The notes: generated from the letters alone by a model not told the origin. DNA of 64,000 bases from Candidatus Saccharimonadales bacterium (GCA_050730875.1 JBOHNX010000001.1:297972-361971); one strand, 5' to 3'; shown: positions 50,885-60,950, numbered from the stretch's first letter. Numbers and translations: made by a program.

Positions 50885-51477
50885 TATTTAGCCTCCTTCG
50901 CTTCTGCTTTAGCGGGAGCTTTTTTGGCTGCTGCCTTAGGCTTCTGTACCCATTGCTCTTGCGGCACGAGTTGGCGCAAGGCTTCGAGGGTTGCGTAGGC
51001 GTTGTTCACCTTGTTGTTCGAACCAAGTGCCTTGCTCAGCAAGTTGTTAATGCCGGTCAAACCAATGATAGAGCGAACGGCACCGCCGGCGATAATACCG
51101 GTACCAGGCGCAGCTGGCTTTAGAAGAACCTTGGCGCCACCAACCTTGGCTTCGACTTCGTGCGGAATAGTTGCTTTCACCACTGGGATAGTAACAAGCT
51201 GTTTTTTAGCTTTGTCGGTCGCTTTTGAGACAGCCGACTGCACGTCTGTGCCCTTTGCAACGCCAACACCAATGCGAGTTTTACCATCGCCTACGGCTAC
51301 CAGCGCTTTAAAGCGGAAACGGCGACCACCTTTTACCACACGAGCAACGCGGTCAATGCTAATAACGTGCTCGGTAAAGATTTTTTCTTCGCGAGGCATG
51401 TCTTTGCCACCACGTTCTGGACGACGTCCACGCTGCGGGCGGTTTTGCTGTCGGTCAATACTTACTGCATTTGCCAT
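50884..51477 (-). CDS. rpsE: 30S ribosomal protein S5 (basic N- and C-terminal extensions)
   Basis: VISIDRVARVVKGGRRFRF.ALV.VGD and IIAGG.VR. Start set at the Met (MANAV) just after the rplR stop. Confidence 0.93.
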   Translation of the reverse strand: MANAVSIDRQQNRPQRGRRPERGGKDMPREEKIFTEHVISIDRVARVVKGGRRFRFKALVAVGDGKTRIGVGVAKGTDVQSAVSKATDKAKKQLVTIPVVKATIPHEVEAKVGGAKVLLKPAAPGTGIIAGGAVRSIIGLTGINNLLSKALGSNNKVNNAYATLEALRQLVPQEQWVQKPKAAAKKAPAKAEAKEAK

Positions 51478-51478
51478 A

Positions 51479-51832
51479 TTAGAACTCCAATCCACCTTCG
51501 CGCGCTGCATCTGCAAGCGCCTTTAGGCGGCCATGATATTTACGGCCATTGCGGTCAAGCGCAACTTTGCTAACTTTAGCTTTCTTAGCTTTTTTAGCAA
51601 TGTCAGCGCCGACCCAGACGGCTTTCTCTGAAAGTTTACCCTTAACATCGGCGCCTTGCGAAGTGCTGTGGGCCAATGTGCGAGCGCTTGAATCGTCGAT
51701 AATTTGTGCGTGTACGTGCTGATTGCTAATGTAAACGCTGAGGCGTGGGCGTTCAGCGGTACCGGTCACACTGGCGCGGACACGGTTTTTTCGTAACACG
51801 CGGTTGGCTAACTTTTGCATAACCTTACCCAT
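51479..51832 (-). CDS. rplR: 50S ribosomal protein L18
   Basis: RPRLSVYISNQHVHAQIIDD...VALDRNGRKYHGRLKALADAAREGGLEF. Start trimmed to the Met after the rplF stop. Confidence 0.93.
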   Translation of the reverse strand: MGKVMQKLANRVLRKNRVRASVTGTAERPRLSVYISNQHVHAQIIDDSSARTLAHSTSQGADVKGKLSEKAVWVGADIAKKAKKAKVSKVALDRNGRKYHGRLKALADAAREGGLEF

Positions 51833-51833
51833 T

Positions 51834-52370
51834 TTACTTAGCTCCCGTCTTACCGGCCTTACGTACAATCTGCTCGTCGACGTACTTGATGCCTTTGCCC
51901 TTGTAAGGCTCTGGTTTCTTAAGTGCGCGAATTTCGGCAGCGACTTGACCGACCTTTTGCTTATCAATACCGCTTACAGTGATGAGATTTTTCTCTACTG
52001 TAAGCTGTACGCCTTCTGGCGCTTTGTATTCAACTGGGTGCGAGAAGCCCAACGCCATGTTGAGCGCCTGGCCGCCACCGCTCACGCGGTAACCAACACC
52101 GTTAAGTTCGAGCTTCTTTTCGAAGCCTTTTGATACGCCCGTCACCAGGTTGTTGATTAGCGCGCGCATCAGGCCGTGCTGTGCACGGGCGATTGCCTCT
52201 TCGCTCTTACGTGTGACCGTAAGCTCGCTGTCCTCCACCCTCACTGTAACGTGCGGCAGAAGGAACTGCTTGAGCGTGCCCTTAGGGCCGGTGACGGTCA
52301 CATCTGACGCGTCGACCGTGATTGTCACACCGCTCGGTATCTGGATTGGTAGTTTTCCGATACGACTCAT
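51834..52370 (-). CDS. rplF: 50S ribosomal protein L6
   Basis: MSRIGKLPIQIPSGVT. Confidence 0.95.
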   Translation of the reverse strand: MSRIGKLPIQIPSGVTITVDASDVTVTGPKGTLKQFLLPHVTVRVEDSELTVTRKSEEAIARAQHGLMRALINNLVTGVSKGFEKKLELNGVGYRVSGGGQALNMALGFSHPVEYKAPEGVQLTVEKNLITVSGIDKQKVGQVAAEIRALKKPEPYKGKGIKYVDEQIVRKAGKTGAK

Positions 52371-52382
52371 CCTTACTCCTTA

Positions 52383-52784
52383 TTAGTAGACTTTACAAAT
52401 TAATTCACCGCCGAGGCGTTCTTTTTTAGCATCGTCGCCAGTCATCACACCGCGACTGGTCGAAACCAGTACGACACCACGGCCGTTTTTAACGCGAGGA
52501 ATCTGTGCGGCTTTTGCATATACGCGGCGGCCTGGCTTGCTGATGCGCTGAATCTCTGTGATTACAGCGCTGCTGCCCGGCTCGTTAATGGTAATTTCGA
52601 TGGTGCCGCGAGGCTTACCGTCAACCATTTTAACGCTTGAAAGATAACCAGCCTTCTTAAGCTGCTCAGCAACAGTTAGCTTGAGCTTGCTTGCAGGAAC
52701 AGTGATCTCTGTCTTGCCGACCGCAATTGCGTTGCGGATGCGGGTCAGCATATCAGCGATTGGATCTGTAGAAACCATATTCAT
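52383..52784 (-). CDS. rpsH: 30S ribosomal protein S8
   Basis: DPIADMLTRIRNA. Confidence 0.95.
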   Translation of the reverse strand: MNMVSTDPIADMLTRIRNAIAVGKTEITVPASKLKLTVAEQLKKAGYLSSVKMVDGKPRGTIEITINEPGSSAVITEIQRISKPGRRVYAKAAQIPRVKNGRGVVLVSTSRGVMTGDDAKKERLGGELICKVY

Positions 52785-52794
52785 CTTTTCCTTC

Positions 52795-53064
52795 CTACCA
52801 GCTGGCCTTTGTTACGCCCGGGATTTCACCACGAGATGCTTTTTCACGGAAACTGATACGGCTGAGTCCAAAGCGGCGAATGTAACCGTGTGGACGGCCA
52901 GTTTCAACGCAGCGGTTCTTCTGGCGAGTTGGGCTTGAATTACGTGGCAGTTTGGCAAGGCCTTCTTGGTCGCCTGCTGCCTTCATTTCGGCGCGTTTTG
53001 CGGCATATTTTGCGATTAGGCGGAGCCGCTTTTGGTCACGCGCGACCATTGATTTCTTAGCCAT
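52795..53064 (-). CDS. rpsN: 30S ribosomal protein S14 (89 aa, long non-zinc type)
   Basis: [13 protein letters not shown]...[24 protein letters not shown]. Its start overlaps the rplE stop by 8 nt. The ORF-track N-terminal extension is rejected. Confidence 0.92.
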   Translation of the reverse strand: MAKKSMVARDQKRLRLIAKYAAKRAEMKAAGDQEGLAKLPRNSSPTRQKNRCVETGRPHGYIRRFGLSRISFREKASRGEIPGVTKASW

Positions 53065-53641
53065 TGTGCCTAGTCTCCTTCTCAAATGGCAGACCGAAAC
53101 CTTCCAGCAAGGCTCGGGCATGCGTGGGCTCTTTAGCCTTAATAACAAAGTTAATCTGCAACCCATGCTGGACTTGGGTGTCTTCGAAACCGAGTTCCGG
53201 GAAGACCGATTGGTCAATTAGACCAATGCTGTAATTACCACCCTTGTCAAATGCCTTAGCACTGACGCCGTGGAAGTCACGGACACGTGGTAGCACGGTG
53301 TTAACCAAGCGGTCGAGGAACTCGTACATGCGTTGATCACGCAGGGTGACGCTCACCCCGACACGGTTCATACCGCGGCGAATCTTGAAGGTCGCAATCG
53401 ACTTCTTCGCCATGCGGTCTACTGGTTGTTGGCCAGTAATCTTGCGCAGCGTGTTTACCACCATTTCGTGGTAACGCTTGTCGTCTTTGTGCTTACCAAG
53501 GCCGACATTGATAACAATCTTCTCAAGCACGGGTGCTTGATGAGGATTGTCGAGATTAAGCTCTTTTTGCAAACGAGCAACTAGCTCCTCGCGGTAGAGG
53601 GCTTTGAGGCGAGTTGGGCTTGCAGGACTCTTCGATGCCAT
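53057..53641 (-). CDS. rplE: 50S ribosomal protein L5
   Basis: [12 protein letters not shown]...[12 protein letters not shown]...FPEL. Confidence 0.95.
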   Translation of the reverse strand: MASKSPASPTRLKALYREELVARLQKELNLDNPHQAPVLEKIVINVGLGKHKDDKRYHEMVVNTLRKITGQQPVDRMAKKSIATFKIRRGMNRVGVSVTLRDQRMYEFLDRLVNTVLPRVRDFHGVSAKAFDKGGNYSIGLIDQSVFPELGFEDTQVQHGLQINFVIKAKEPTHARALLEGFGLPFEKETRHNG

Positions 53642-53958
53642 TACTTAATCTCCTTGTTGCCGGCTTGGCGTGCAACACGCACCTTTGTGCCGTCTTTCTT
53701 AACTTCGTAGCCCACACGAGTGGTCTTGGTCTTGTCAGTTGGATGCAGCAGTGCAACTTTGCTTGCTGGCATTGCAACGTGAATGTCCTTAGTACCACCT
53801 TGTGGGTTGAGGGCGTTTGGCTTCACAAATCGTTTGCGAGTGCCAATACCTTCTAGTTTTACTGAATTTTCGCTTGGGTGGACGCTTACCACTTTGGCAG
53901 TTTTGCCTTTGTGAGCGCCGCTGATAACCTTCACCATATCACCAGTTCGAATTTTCAT
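53641..53958 (-). CDS. rplX: 50S ribosomal protein L24
   Basis: [23 protein letters not shown] (KOW). Confidence 0.95.
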   Translation of the reverse strand: MKIRTGDMVKVISGAHKGKTAKVVSVHPSENSVKLEGIGTRKRFVKPNALNPQGGTKDIHVAMPASKVALLHPTDKTKTTRVGYEVKKDGTKVRVARQAGNKEIK

Positions 53959-54326
53959 TAGAGTACCTCCGGTGCGAGTGAAATAATCTTCATGTAGCCG
54001 CGTTCGCGCAGTTCGCGGGGAACTGGGCCGAATACACGAGTTGCTTTAGGGTTTTTGTCGTCACCGATGATGACCGCAGCGTTGTCGTCGAAACGAACAA
54101 CGGTGCCATCTTTGCGCTTAATTGGCGCAGTGGTGCGAACAACAACTGCCTTCACAACACTTTTCTTTTTAACGTTACCGGCTGGGTTAGCAGCTTTTAC
54201 ACTGGCAACAATAACGTCACCAACGTGGGCATAACGACGGCCAGTGCCACCGAGGACTCGAATACAGAGGACTTCTTTAGCGCCACTGTTATCGGCTACC
54301 TTAAGGCGTGATTCTTGCTGGATCAT
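53958..54326 (-). CDS. rplN: 50S ribosomal protein L14
   Basis: [27 protein letters not shown]. Confidence 0.96.
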   Translation of the reverse strand: MIQQESRLKVADNSGAKEVLCIRVLGGTGRRYAHVGDVIVASVKAANPAGNVKKKSVVKAVVVRTTAPIKRKDGTVVRFDDNAAVIIGDDKNPKATRVFGPVPRELRERGYMKIISLAPEVL

Positions 54327-54329
54327 CGC

Positions 54330-54605
54330 TTAAGCCTCCTCTGCTTCTTTCAGCTCTACGGCTGCGTGGCCTGTTTCGAGCACCTTCGAAAGCTTGAACG
54401 ACTTGTTCTTGCTTATTGGGCGTGTTTCAACAATTTCCACAGTGTCGCCAATGTGAGCTGCGTTCTTTTCGTCGTGCGCACTAAACTTCTTGGTTACGGT
54501 GTATTGCTTGCCGTAAACAGGGTGTGTCACGCGGCGAGAAACAGCAACTGTAATCGTCTTGTTCTGTACGTCAGATGTGACTGTGCCAACTAATTTCTGA
54601 GCCAT
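54330..54605 (-). CDS. rpsQ: 30S ribosomal protein S17
   Basis: LVGTVTSDVQNKTITVAV.R...HP.YGK. Confidence 0.95.
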   Translation of the reverse strand: MAQKLVGTVTSDVQNKTITVAVSRRVTHPVYGKQYTVTKKFSAHDEKNAAHIGDTVEIVETRPISKNKSFKLSKVLETGHAAVELKEAEEA

Positions 54606-54607
54606 AA

Positions 54608-54841
54608 TTATTTCTCCTCTTTCTGCGCTGCCTTGGCACGTACTTCGGTTAGAAGGGTGTGTGCTTGGGCAATTTGCTTGCGAGTGCCAGAAAGTGCCTT
54701 TGGATTTGGCAGTTCCTGGGCGGCAAGCGCGCGCTGCTGTTCGACCAACTTGCTTTTAAGCTCAGCTATTTTACTTGTTAATGCTTTCTCGTCGAGCTTA
54801 CGGAGTTCTTCGATAAGCTTGGTCTTCTTTGCGTCAGCCAT
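54608..54841 (-). CDS. rpmC: 50S ribosomal protein L29
   Basis: LRKLDEKALTSKIAELKSKL. Lies between rplP and rpsQ. Confidence 0.9.
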   Translation of the reverse strand: MADAKKTKLIEELRKLDEKALTSKIAELKSKLVEQQRALAAQELPNPKALSGTRKQIAQAHTLLTEVRAKAAQKEEK

Positions 54842-54842
54842 C

Positions 54843-55256
54843 TTAGACTCCTTCTCGCTTGATAAACTTACATTTTACTGGCAACTTGTGGCTGGCAAGA
54901 CGCATGGCTTCACGGGCAACTTCCTCGTTTACACCCTTCATCTCGAACATCACAGTACCGGCTTTCACCTTAGCGACAAAGAACTCTGGATTACCCTTAC
55001 CGCTACCCATTTTCACGTCTTGCGGCTTACGAGTCACAGGGGTGTGAGGGAAGATGCGGATCCAGATTTTACCACCACGCTTGATATAGCGGGTCATTGC
55101 CTGACGTGCAGATTCGATCTGACGAGAGGTAATGCGTTCGTTCTCGGTGCTTTGCAGTGCGAAGTCACCAAAGGCGATGTAGTGGCCAGCAGTAGCAACG
55201 CCAGGGTTTTTGCCTTTGCGTACCTTGCGGAACTTGGTTTTCTTTGGCAACAACAT
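54843..55256 (-). CDS. rplP: 50S ribosomal protein L16
   Basis: [15 protein letters not shown]... Confidence 0.96.
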   Translation of the reverse strand: MLLPKKTKFRKVRKGKNPGVATAGHYIAFGDFALQSTENERITSRQIESARQAMTRYIKRGGKIWIRIFPHTPVTRKPQDVKMGSGKGNPEFFVAKVKAGTVMFEMKGVNEEVAREAMRLASHKLPVKCKFIKREGV

Positions 55257-55257
55257 G

Positions 55258-55893
55258 CTACGCTACCTCACCTTTATAAATCCAGACCTTGATACCGACG
55301 GTACCTGCGCCAGGAATCTGGCAGGTAGCCAGGTGGTAGTCAATGTCGGCACGGAGTGTGTGCAGTGGTACCGAACCCTGGATTTCTTTTTCGCGGCGGC
55401 TCATTTCTGCGCCACCTAGTCGACCTGAAACCTCGATGCGGATGCCTTTGGCACCGGCATTCATGGTGTTCTGAGCGGACATCTTTACAGCACGACGCCA
55501 GTTAATACGGCGTTCCAGCTGACGGCCGATGTTTTCGGCAACCAGTTTTGCGGCCAATTCTGGGCGCTTTACCTCTTCGATGTTGAGGCGAACTGGTTTT
55601 TGGAATACTTTTTCGATTTGCGCTTTTAGTTCTTGCGCGCCAGAGCCACCGCGGCCAATAACTACACCAGCTTTTGCGGTGTGAACGGTTACGGTTACGA
55701 GATTAGGGGCACGCTCGATGATGACTTTTTGAATAGTCGCACGCGTTGCAAACTTCTTTTCAATCAGTTGACGCACCTTAATGTCTTGCTGGAGCCAGTC
55801 GGCGTATTCACGCTTGCCCGCTGCAAACCATTTGCTGCGCCAGTCTTTGTTGACCTGCAACCGCATGCTGATTGGGTTGACTTTTTGGCCCAT
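55258..55893 (-). CDS. rpsC: 30S ribosomal protein S3
   Basis: [20 protein letters not shown]. Confidence 0.96.
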   Translation of the reverse strand: MGQKVNPISMRLQVNKDWRSKWFAAGKREYADWLQQDIKVRQLIEKKFATRATIQKVIIERAPNLVTVTVHTAKAGVVIGRGGSGAQELKAQIEKVFQKPVRLNIEEVKRPELAAKLVAENIGRQLERRINWRRAVKMSAQNTMNAGAKGIRIEVSGRLGGAEMSRREKEIQGSVPLHTLRADIDYHLATCQIPGAGTVGIKVWIYKGEVA

Positions 55894-56300
55894 TATTTAG
55901 TCTCCTTCTTCTCAGCTGCTTTAGTAGCAGGAGCTTTTGCAGCTGGTTTGACTTTCACTTCGCCGGCCACTTCGACCAAAACATGGCTGGTGCGTTTTTG
56001 ATACGGCAATGCGCGACCCATTGCTGCTGGGCGGTAACGCTTCAGACGAGTGCCGGTAGTAACTTGCAACTTTGTAATTTGCAGGCTGTCTTCGCGGACG
56101 CTGTGGTTGTGAGTAGCGTTAGCTTTTGCTGAAGCAATGAGTTTTGCAAGCGGCTTTGCGGCGCGCTTTGGGGTGTGATCTAGGATAACAAGCGCATCGG
56201 CAACGCTACGGCCACGGACCAAAGCAGCAACGAGGCTAACTTTGCGCGGACTCAAGCGAAGGCCCTTGCTACTTGCTTGGATTAATTTCTGCTCTGCCAT
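55893..56300 (-). CDS. rplV: 50S ribosomal protein L22 (K/A-rich C-terminal tail)
   Basis: LRLSPRKVSLVAALVRGRSV.DAL.IL. Start trimmed to the Met after the rpsS stop. Confidence 0.93.
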   Translation of the reverse strand: MAEQKLIQASSKGLRLSPRKVSLVAALVRGRSVADALVILDHTPKRAAKPLAKLIASAKANATHNHSVREDSLQITKLQVTTGTRLKRYRPAAMGRALPYQKRTSHVLVEVAGEVKVKPAAKAPATKAAEKKETK

Positions 56301-56301
56301 C

Positions 56302-56565
56302 TTACTTCTTCCCCTTTGCGTGACCGCGGAACTTGCGGGTTGGGCTAAATTCACCAAGCTTGTGACCTACCATGTTTTCACTAACGAAAACTGGTACGTG
56401 TACACGCCCGTTGTGGACAGCAATAGTGCGACCAACCATTTCTGGTGTAATGGTGCTTGCGCGTGCCCAAGTCTTAATGACAGTTCGGTCGTCGCTTCCA
56501 AGCGCGGCGACTTTTTTGGCGAGTTTAGGGTCGATAAATGGACCTTTTTTCAGTGAACGACTCAT
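56302..56565 (-). CDS. rpsS: 30S ribosomal protein S19
   Basis: [15 protein letters not shown]... Confidence 0.96.
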   Translation of the reverse strand: MSRSLKKGPFIDPKLAKKVAALGSDDRTVIKTWARASTITPEMVGRTIAVHNGRVHVPVFVSENMVGHKLGEFSPTRKFRGHAKGKK

Positions 56566-56568
56566 GGT

Positions 56569-57402
56569 TTATTTCCTCTTCGCCTCGTGACGTGAACGCA
56601 CGATGTACTTATTAGTTACTTTGCGGCGTCGGGTACGGAAACCAATGGCTGGCTGACCCCAAGGTGTACGTGGGTGACGACCAGGACCAGTCTTACCTTC
56701 ACCACCACCCATTGGGTGATCGGCTGGGTTCATGGCTTTACCGTGGACAGTTGGGCGAAAGCCTAAGCGGCGCTTGCGACCAGCTGAACCGAGTTTAACG
56801 TTTTGGTGCTGTTCGTTGCCGACAGTACCAATGTTAGCCATGCACTCCATGCGCACCTTGCGGACTTCACCGCTTGGCAAGCGCAAGGTTGCGTAGCCGC
56901 CTTCTTTTGCAACAAGCTGAGCTTTTGCACCGGCTGAGCGGACCATTTGGCCACCTTTGCCAGGTTGCAACTCAACGTTGTATACGAAAGTACCAGTTGG
57001 AATGTTTTCGAGTGGCAAGCGGTTGCTTGTCTCGATTGGAGCCTCAGCACCGCTCACGATCTTAGCACCCACCTTCATGCTGCCGTCGGCAAGCACGTAG
57101 TGGTAAAGACCGTGTTGGTCTTTAAGGCGTGCGATACGAGCCGAACGGTTCGGATCGTATTCAACCGCTTCAATTGTAGCTTCGGTGCCAGGTGCAAGAC
57201 GGAAGTTTACCAGACGGTAGTATCGCTTGACACCACCACCGCGGTGACGAGTGGTAATGCGACCCTGGTTGTTACGACCAGAGCCGGTCTTTTTAATACG
57301 AAGTAAGCTCTTGAGTGGCTTTTTAGTAGTAACCATGCTCAAGTCTTGCGAGGTCATACCGCGCTGAGCTGGAGTGGTTGGTTTCATCTTTTTAACAGCC
57401 AT
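56569..57402 (-). CDS. rplB: 50S ribosomal protein L2
   Basis: [20 protein letters not shown] and [13 protein letters not shown]. Confidence 0.96.
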   Translation of the reverse strand: MAVKKMKPTTPAQRGMTSQDLSMVTTKKPLKSLLRIKKTGSGRNNQGRITTRHRGGGVKRYYRLVNFRLAPGTEATIEAVEYDPNRSARIARLKDQHGLYHYVLADGSMKVGAKIVSGAEAPIETSNRLPLENIPTGTFVYNVELQPGKGGQMVRSAGAKAQLVAKEGGYATLRLPSGEVRKVRMECMANIGTVGNEQHQNVKLGSAGRKRRLGFRPTVHGKAMNPADHPMGGGEGKTGPGRHPRTPWGQPAIGFRTRRRKVTNKYIVRSRHEAKRK

Positions 57403-57785
57403 TACTTGGCCTCCCGAGTACTACCAGTGGCAGTACGAGTTTTCTTTGCTTGGCCGAGTCCGGAGGCGTTAGCCGAGGACGAGCCAGATTGGGTGTCAGC
57501 TTCAGCGAACACTGGAATGCTGTCGCCTTCAGCAAGACGGACGTAAGCTTTCTTAACGTCGCTACGCTTACCAACAACTGGCGCACCGCCCTTGCGGAAG
57601 GTTCGCTTGACTTTACCCTTAGCTACGACAACGTTCACGTCGACCACGCTTACGTCGAACTGGCGAGTAACAGCGGCAGCAACTTGCTGCTTGTTTGCGG
57701 CCATTGGTACGTCAAATACGTACGTACCAGCTGCGGCCTGGGCGTAAGTTTTTTCGCTAATTCGTGGGATAACTTTCAGTTCCAT
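57402..57785 (-). CDS. rplW: 50S ribosomal protein L23 (C-terminal extension)
   Basis: [10 protein letters not shown]...YVFDV...NK..V..AV...F.V.V..VN. Start trimmed to the Met after the rplD stop. Confidence 0.9.
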   Translation of the reverse strand: MELKVIPRISEKTYAQAAAGTYVFDVPMAANKQQVAAAVTRQFDVSVVDVNVVVAKGKVKRTFRKGGAPVVGKRSDVKKAYVRLAEGDSIPVFAEADTQSGSSSANASGLGQAKKTRTATGSTREAK

Positions 57786-57786
57786 A

Positions 57787-58410
57787 CTATGCTCCCAACC
57801 ATTCTTCAACTGCTTTTATAGCTGGCTTAGTCATGATCAGCTTGTCGGCATTGAGGATGCTAAATACGTTGAGGTAATTAGCTTGTACAAGCTGTACGCC
57901 TGCCAAGTTGTTGGTAGCACGCACGAGTTCTGGAGCCTTGGTGTCGACAACCACTACGACGTTGTCGCCTGGTTGTACTTTGTGGCTCGCGAGGAACTGT
58001 GCAGCATCCTTGGTTTTGCCAGTCGCTTTGATTGCGTCTACAACCACAACTTGCTTTGCCTGCGCAGCAAGCGTCAAAGCCTGACGCAATGCTGTACGCT
58101 TTGCGCGGATTGGCAGCTGTTTAGTGTAGTTCTCTTGGCCAGTTGGACCAAAAGCTACACCACCTTTGCGCCAAATTGGGTTACGGGTAGAACCGAAACG
58201 TGCGCGGCCAGTGCCTTTTTGTTTCCAAGGCTTCTTACCACCACCGCTTACTTCACCACGCTTAAGAGTTTTAGCGTAGTTGGCGCGACTGTTGGCTAAG
58301 TATGCCTCGTACGCAAGCTTTAGCAGCTCGTGGTTTGGCACCTCAACAGCAAAGACGCTCTTAGGAAGAGTAGTTGCGGTCGTAGTTTTCTTGGTAGTAG
58401 TTTCAGCCAT
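57787..58410 (-). CDS. rplD: 50S ribosomal protein L4
   Basis: RGEVSGGGKKPWKQKGTGRAR.GS.R.P.W..GG. Confidence 0.95.
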   Translation of the reverse strand: MAETTTKKTTTATTLPKSVFAVEVPNHELLKLAYEAYLANSRANYAKTLKRGEVSGGGKKPWKQKGTGRARFGSTRNPIWRKGGVAFGPTGQENYTKQLPIRAKRTALRQALTLAAQAKQVVVVDAIKATGKTKDAAQFLASHKVQPGDNVVVVVDTKAPELVRATNNLAGVQLVQANYLNVFSILNADKLIMTKPAIKAVEEWLGA

Positions 58411-59024
58411 TACTTGACCTCCCCAATCATTACGAGACCGCGGCGAGGGCCGGGAACAGCGCCTTTAACGCCAATAAGACCGCGTTCTTGGTCTACCAAA
58501 GCGATCGCCAAGTTCTTCACCGTGACGCGCTCGGCACCCATGCGGCCGGCCATGCGCTTACCTTTAAACACTTTTTGCGGGTACATCGAACCGATAGAAC
58601 CTGGCTTACGAACGTAGCCATTACCACCGTGTGTCCGCTTGCTTGTTGCAAAGTTGTGGCGTTTTACGGTGCCCGCAAACCCCTTACCTTTGCTTGTGCC
58701 AGTAACGTCGACGTGCTCGCCCACTTCAAATACACTGACATCAAGTGTCGTGCCGACTGTGACATCTTGTGGTAGCTCAGCTACACGTACCTCTTTGAGG
58801 TGCTTTGGCGTAGCTTTGGCTTTTGCAACATGACCTTGTTCGGCCTTGCTCAGGTTCTTACCCGCTCCATACCCGATTTGCACTGCGCTGTAGCCGTCTT
58901 GTTCGACAGTCTTCACCTGAGTAACAGTGCAAGGGCCAGCTTGGATTAGCGTCACTGGAATAATGGCGCCATCCTCCTGGAGGATTTGGGTCATACCAAT
59001 TTTGGTACCGAGAAGCGCTTTCAT
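58410..59024 (-). CDS. rplC: 50S ribosomal protein L3
   Basis: MKALLGTKIGMTQI...FAGTVKRHNF. Start trimmed to the Met preceded by RBS GGAAAGGGAG. Confidence 0.95.
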   Translation of the reverse strand: MKALLGTKIGMTQILQEDGAIIPVTLIQAGPCTVTQVKTVEQDGYSAVQIGYGAGKNLSKAEQGHVAKAKATPKHLKEVRVAELPQDVTVGTTLDVSVFEVGEHVDVTGTSKGKGFAGTVKRHNFATSKRTHGGNGYVRKPGSIGSMYPQKVFKGKRMAGRMGAERVTVKNLAIALVDQERGLIGVKGAVPGPRRGLVMIGEVK

Positions 59025-59049
59025 TGGTTGCTCCCTTTCCTTGCCAATG

Positions 59050-59109
59050 AAAAAACTTGGTATCTTGCGGTTTCCTCCTGGGAGGACCTGCAAACGTACC
59101 AAGATTTTT
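59050..59109 (-). promoter_or_regulatory. Terminator/attenuator-like hairpin in the rplC leader
   Basis: ~48-nt imperfect hairpin with outer stem CTTGGTA/TACCAAG and inner TCCTC/GAGGA. The minus strand continues TTTTTT 25 nt before the rplC RBS. Confidence 0.45.
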
Positions 59110-59139
59110 CAATTAATCTTGATAGAAGTTACGCATGTG

Positions 59140-59169
59140 ATTGTACCAGATAAGCACCCCTGGCGTCAA
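59140..59169 (-). promoter_or_regulatory. Candidate promoter for rplC and downstream S10/spc genes
   Basis: Minus strand TTGACG (59169-59164), 18 nt spacer, TGgTACAAT extended -10 (59145-59140). Confidence 0.45.
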
Positions 59170-59190
59170 GCATATCTAAGCCGAGGTAAG

Positions 59191-59952
59191 TTACTGAACG
59201 GCTTTGAGCGCGCCAGCAATGGCTTTATCGTGGGCAATTGCAAGGTCGTGGAGCACTGTACTAAGTTCGTGCAGGCCGGCGATTTTACTCTCTAACTCCT
59301 TCTGCTTCGTGCTAAAACCGGTACGATCCCGCTTTTCGTACAGATCTGGCAACGTGCTGAGCGTTACGGTAATCGTTTCGACACTCGCTAGCAGCTCGAC
59401 ATGAAATTCTTTTGCTGGATCGGCGGGCGTTATTGCTTTTAGTTTATCAACCGCCCCCTGCCACGCGGCATGGAGCGCTTTTAGCTGTTCCGTATTCGCG
59501 CCTTCTTTGCCGCTAACTTCATGGAGTATAGCCAGGATCTCTTCTTGATACGAAAGAAAACCCTGCGCCTTCTTAAGCTCGCCGTTCAAGGCAATTAAGT
59601 GCATCATTCTCTCGGCGCGTGCATTTCGTGCCGGCTGTGGCACTAAACTGAGTCCTAGCACCCCCTCTTCGGGAGCGGGCTTACTTATTACCGAGGAAAT
59701 CATGCCCTCTAGCTTGGCAAGCTCTTCACGGGCTTTAGCTATGTTGGGCGAGGCATGCAGCTGTTTAAATTCGCCGGCGCGCTCGGTAAGTGCAGTCTTC
59801 GTTTGCTGTACCTGGGCTTGTAATTGCTGCTGATAGGCGGTTGCTGCATTCTGCTGCAACCAAAGCCACGAGCCAATTAGTATGAGGATGGCAGCTAGCA
59901 CCGACGCTAGCGCGATAATAATTGTTTTTTGCGTAAACTTCAGTTTTATCAT
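59191..59952 (-). CDS. Membrane-anchored coiled-coil protein
   Basis: TM segment IIIALASVLAAILILIGSWLW followed by Q/A/L/E-rich helices. Start set at the Met overlapping the upstream stop. Confidence 0.5.
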   Translation of the reverse strand: MIKLKFTQKTIIIALASVLAAILILIGSWLWLQQNAATAYQQQLQAQVQQTKTALTERAGEFKQLHASPNIAKAREELAKLEGMISSVISKPAPEEGVLGLSLVPQPARNARAERMMHLIALNGELKKAQGFLSYQEEILAILHEVSGKEGANTEQLKALHAAWQGAVDKLKAITPADPAKEFHVELLASVETITVTLSTLPDLYEKRDRTGFSTKQKELESKIAGLHELSTVLHDLAIAHDKAIAGALKAVQ

Positions 59953-60677
59953 ATGCCAAGCCTCGATGACCATATTTCGCTATCGAGTGGCCATGCATTA
60001 AACACGCACCCTTGTAGGTCAATTGATTGCTGCTGCATCACTGCTGCGGGCTGGCCAGCACCTGAGCACTTTTCGTGGCCGTGGCCAAGCCAGTGGCCGA
60101 CTTCGTGGTTTACAACCATGTGGCGGTAATCGCGCAAGCTTCCACCACCCGAATTCCACGATGGTGTTGCCGTCTGCCAGCGATCCTGATTAATGATTAC
60201 ATAGCGCCCAACTCGGCAGCTGTAACTACTATCGCAGGGCGAGCCGAACGTCGGCACCTGCGATGCCTCAGAAAGTACCAGGGTGAAACTCCCACCAGAA
60301 GCGACTTCTGTGAACTTCACACCTAGCCGGCTCCAGCCTCGATTATCGTTAAGCGTTGCATTGGCCAGGCTTTTAAATGTAGCAAAGTCAGCCGTTATAG
60401 TACCGCGTGTCGTGACATCGTACGTAACCGCGCGTGTAATTGGCTTCCTGACACTTGTAGAAGGCGTGACCGGCGCGGGCGGCGCTGTAACTTTCGGTGT
60501 CGGCAGCGCCTCTAGCGTCTGCCCGAGTTCTTTTGCTGAGCTAACCGGACAATATAGGTTACTTTCGTGACATTCAATTTGCTCGCTGCGCTGGCTTTCG
60601 CCTTGGGCGTATAACTGCGGCACAACGGTTAGCGTCAGAACGCTTAAGGCACACAAAACCGCAAGTAAGCGTCGCAT
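59949..60677 (-). CDS. Secreted DUF3152-like zinc metalloprotease
   Basis: Signal peptide MRRLLAVLCALSVLTLT. NDNRGWS..GVKF..V, YRHMVVNHEVGHWLGHGH (HExxHxxGxxH) and AAVMQQQS. Confidence 0.7.
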   Translation of the reverse strand: MRRLLAVLCALSVLTLTVVPQLYAQGESQRSEQIECHESNLYCPVSSAKELGQTLEALPTPKVTAPPAPVTPSTSVRKPITRAVTYDVTTRGTITADFATFKSLANATLNDNRGWSRLGVKFTEVASGGSFTLVLSEASQVPTFGSPCDSSYSCRVGRYVIINQDRWQTATPSWNSGGGSLRDYRHMVVNHEVGHWLGHGHEKCSGAGQPAAVMQQQSIDLQGCVFNAWPLDSEIWSSRLGI

Positions 60678-60680
60678 ATG

Positions 60681-60950
60681 CTATAGCACGATACCCGCAG
60701 GTATGTAGAACGATACGATTGTCATTACAGCAAGCACGGCATATTCAACCTTTCGGTCAATAGCAAAATGATCGTGGCTAATAAACAGCAGGCCAATCGG
60801 CAAACCAATTGGTAGCGCATAAAGCGTAAAATCGCCAAGTTGCACCGGTGTATTGAACTTAAGCCAGAATGTGCCCAGCACCATATACAGGACGATCTTT
60901 AAAAAATAGACACTATCAAGCTCTTGAGACTGAGTTTTCTTTTTCCCCAT
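60681..60950 (-). CDS. Small multi-TM membrane protein
   Basis: 89 aa from MGKKKTQ, with three hydrophobic helices. Confidence 0.45.
   Translation of the reverse strand: MGKKKTQSQELDSVYFLKIVLYMVLGTFWLKFNTPVQLGDFTLYALPIGLPIGLLFISHDHFAIDRKVEYAVLAVMTIVSFYIPAGIVL

Noticed and set aside
54633-55292. 219-aa plus-strand ORF, and similar plus-strand ORFs at 51002-51526, 57450-57821, 57883-58299, 45821-46171 and elsewhere
   Set aside because: All are antisense to highly conserved ribosomal protein genes and are low-complexity. They are shadow ORFs of the minus-strand operon.
58410-59102. N-terminal extensions given by the ORF track for rplC (also rplV 56357, rplW 57809, rpsN 53217, rplR 51967, rpsE 51516, the repressor 34282, and 60681-61007)
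   Set aside because: The extensions overlap upstream genes or leaders and are not part of the conserved proteins. Starts were moved to the first Met consistent with orthologue N-termini, RBS and stop-start coupling.
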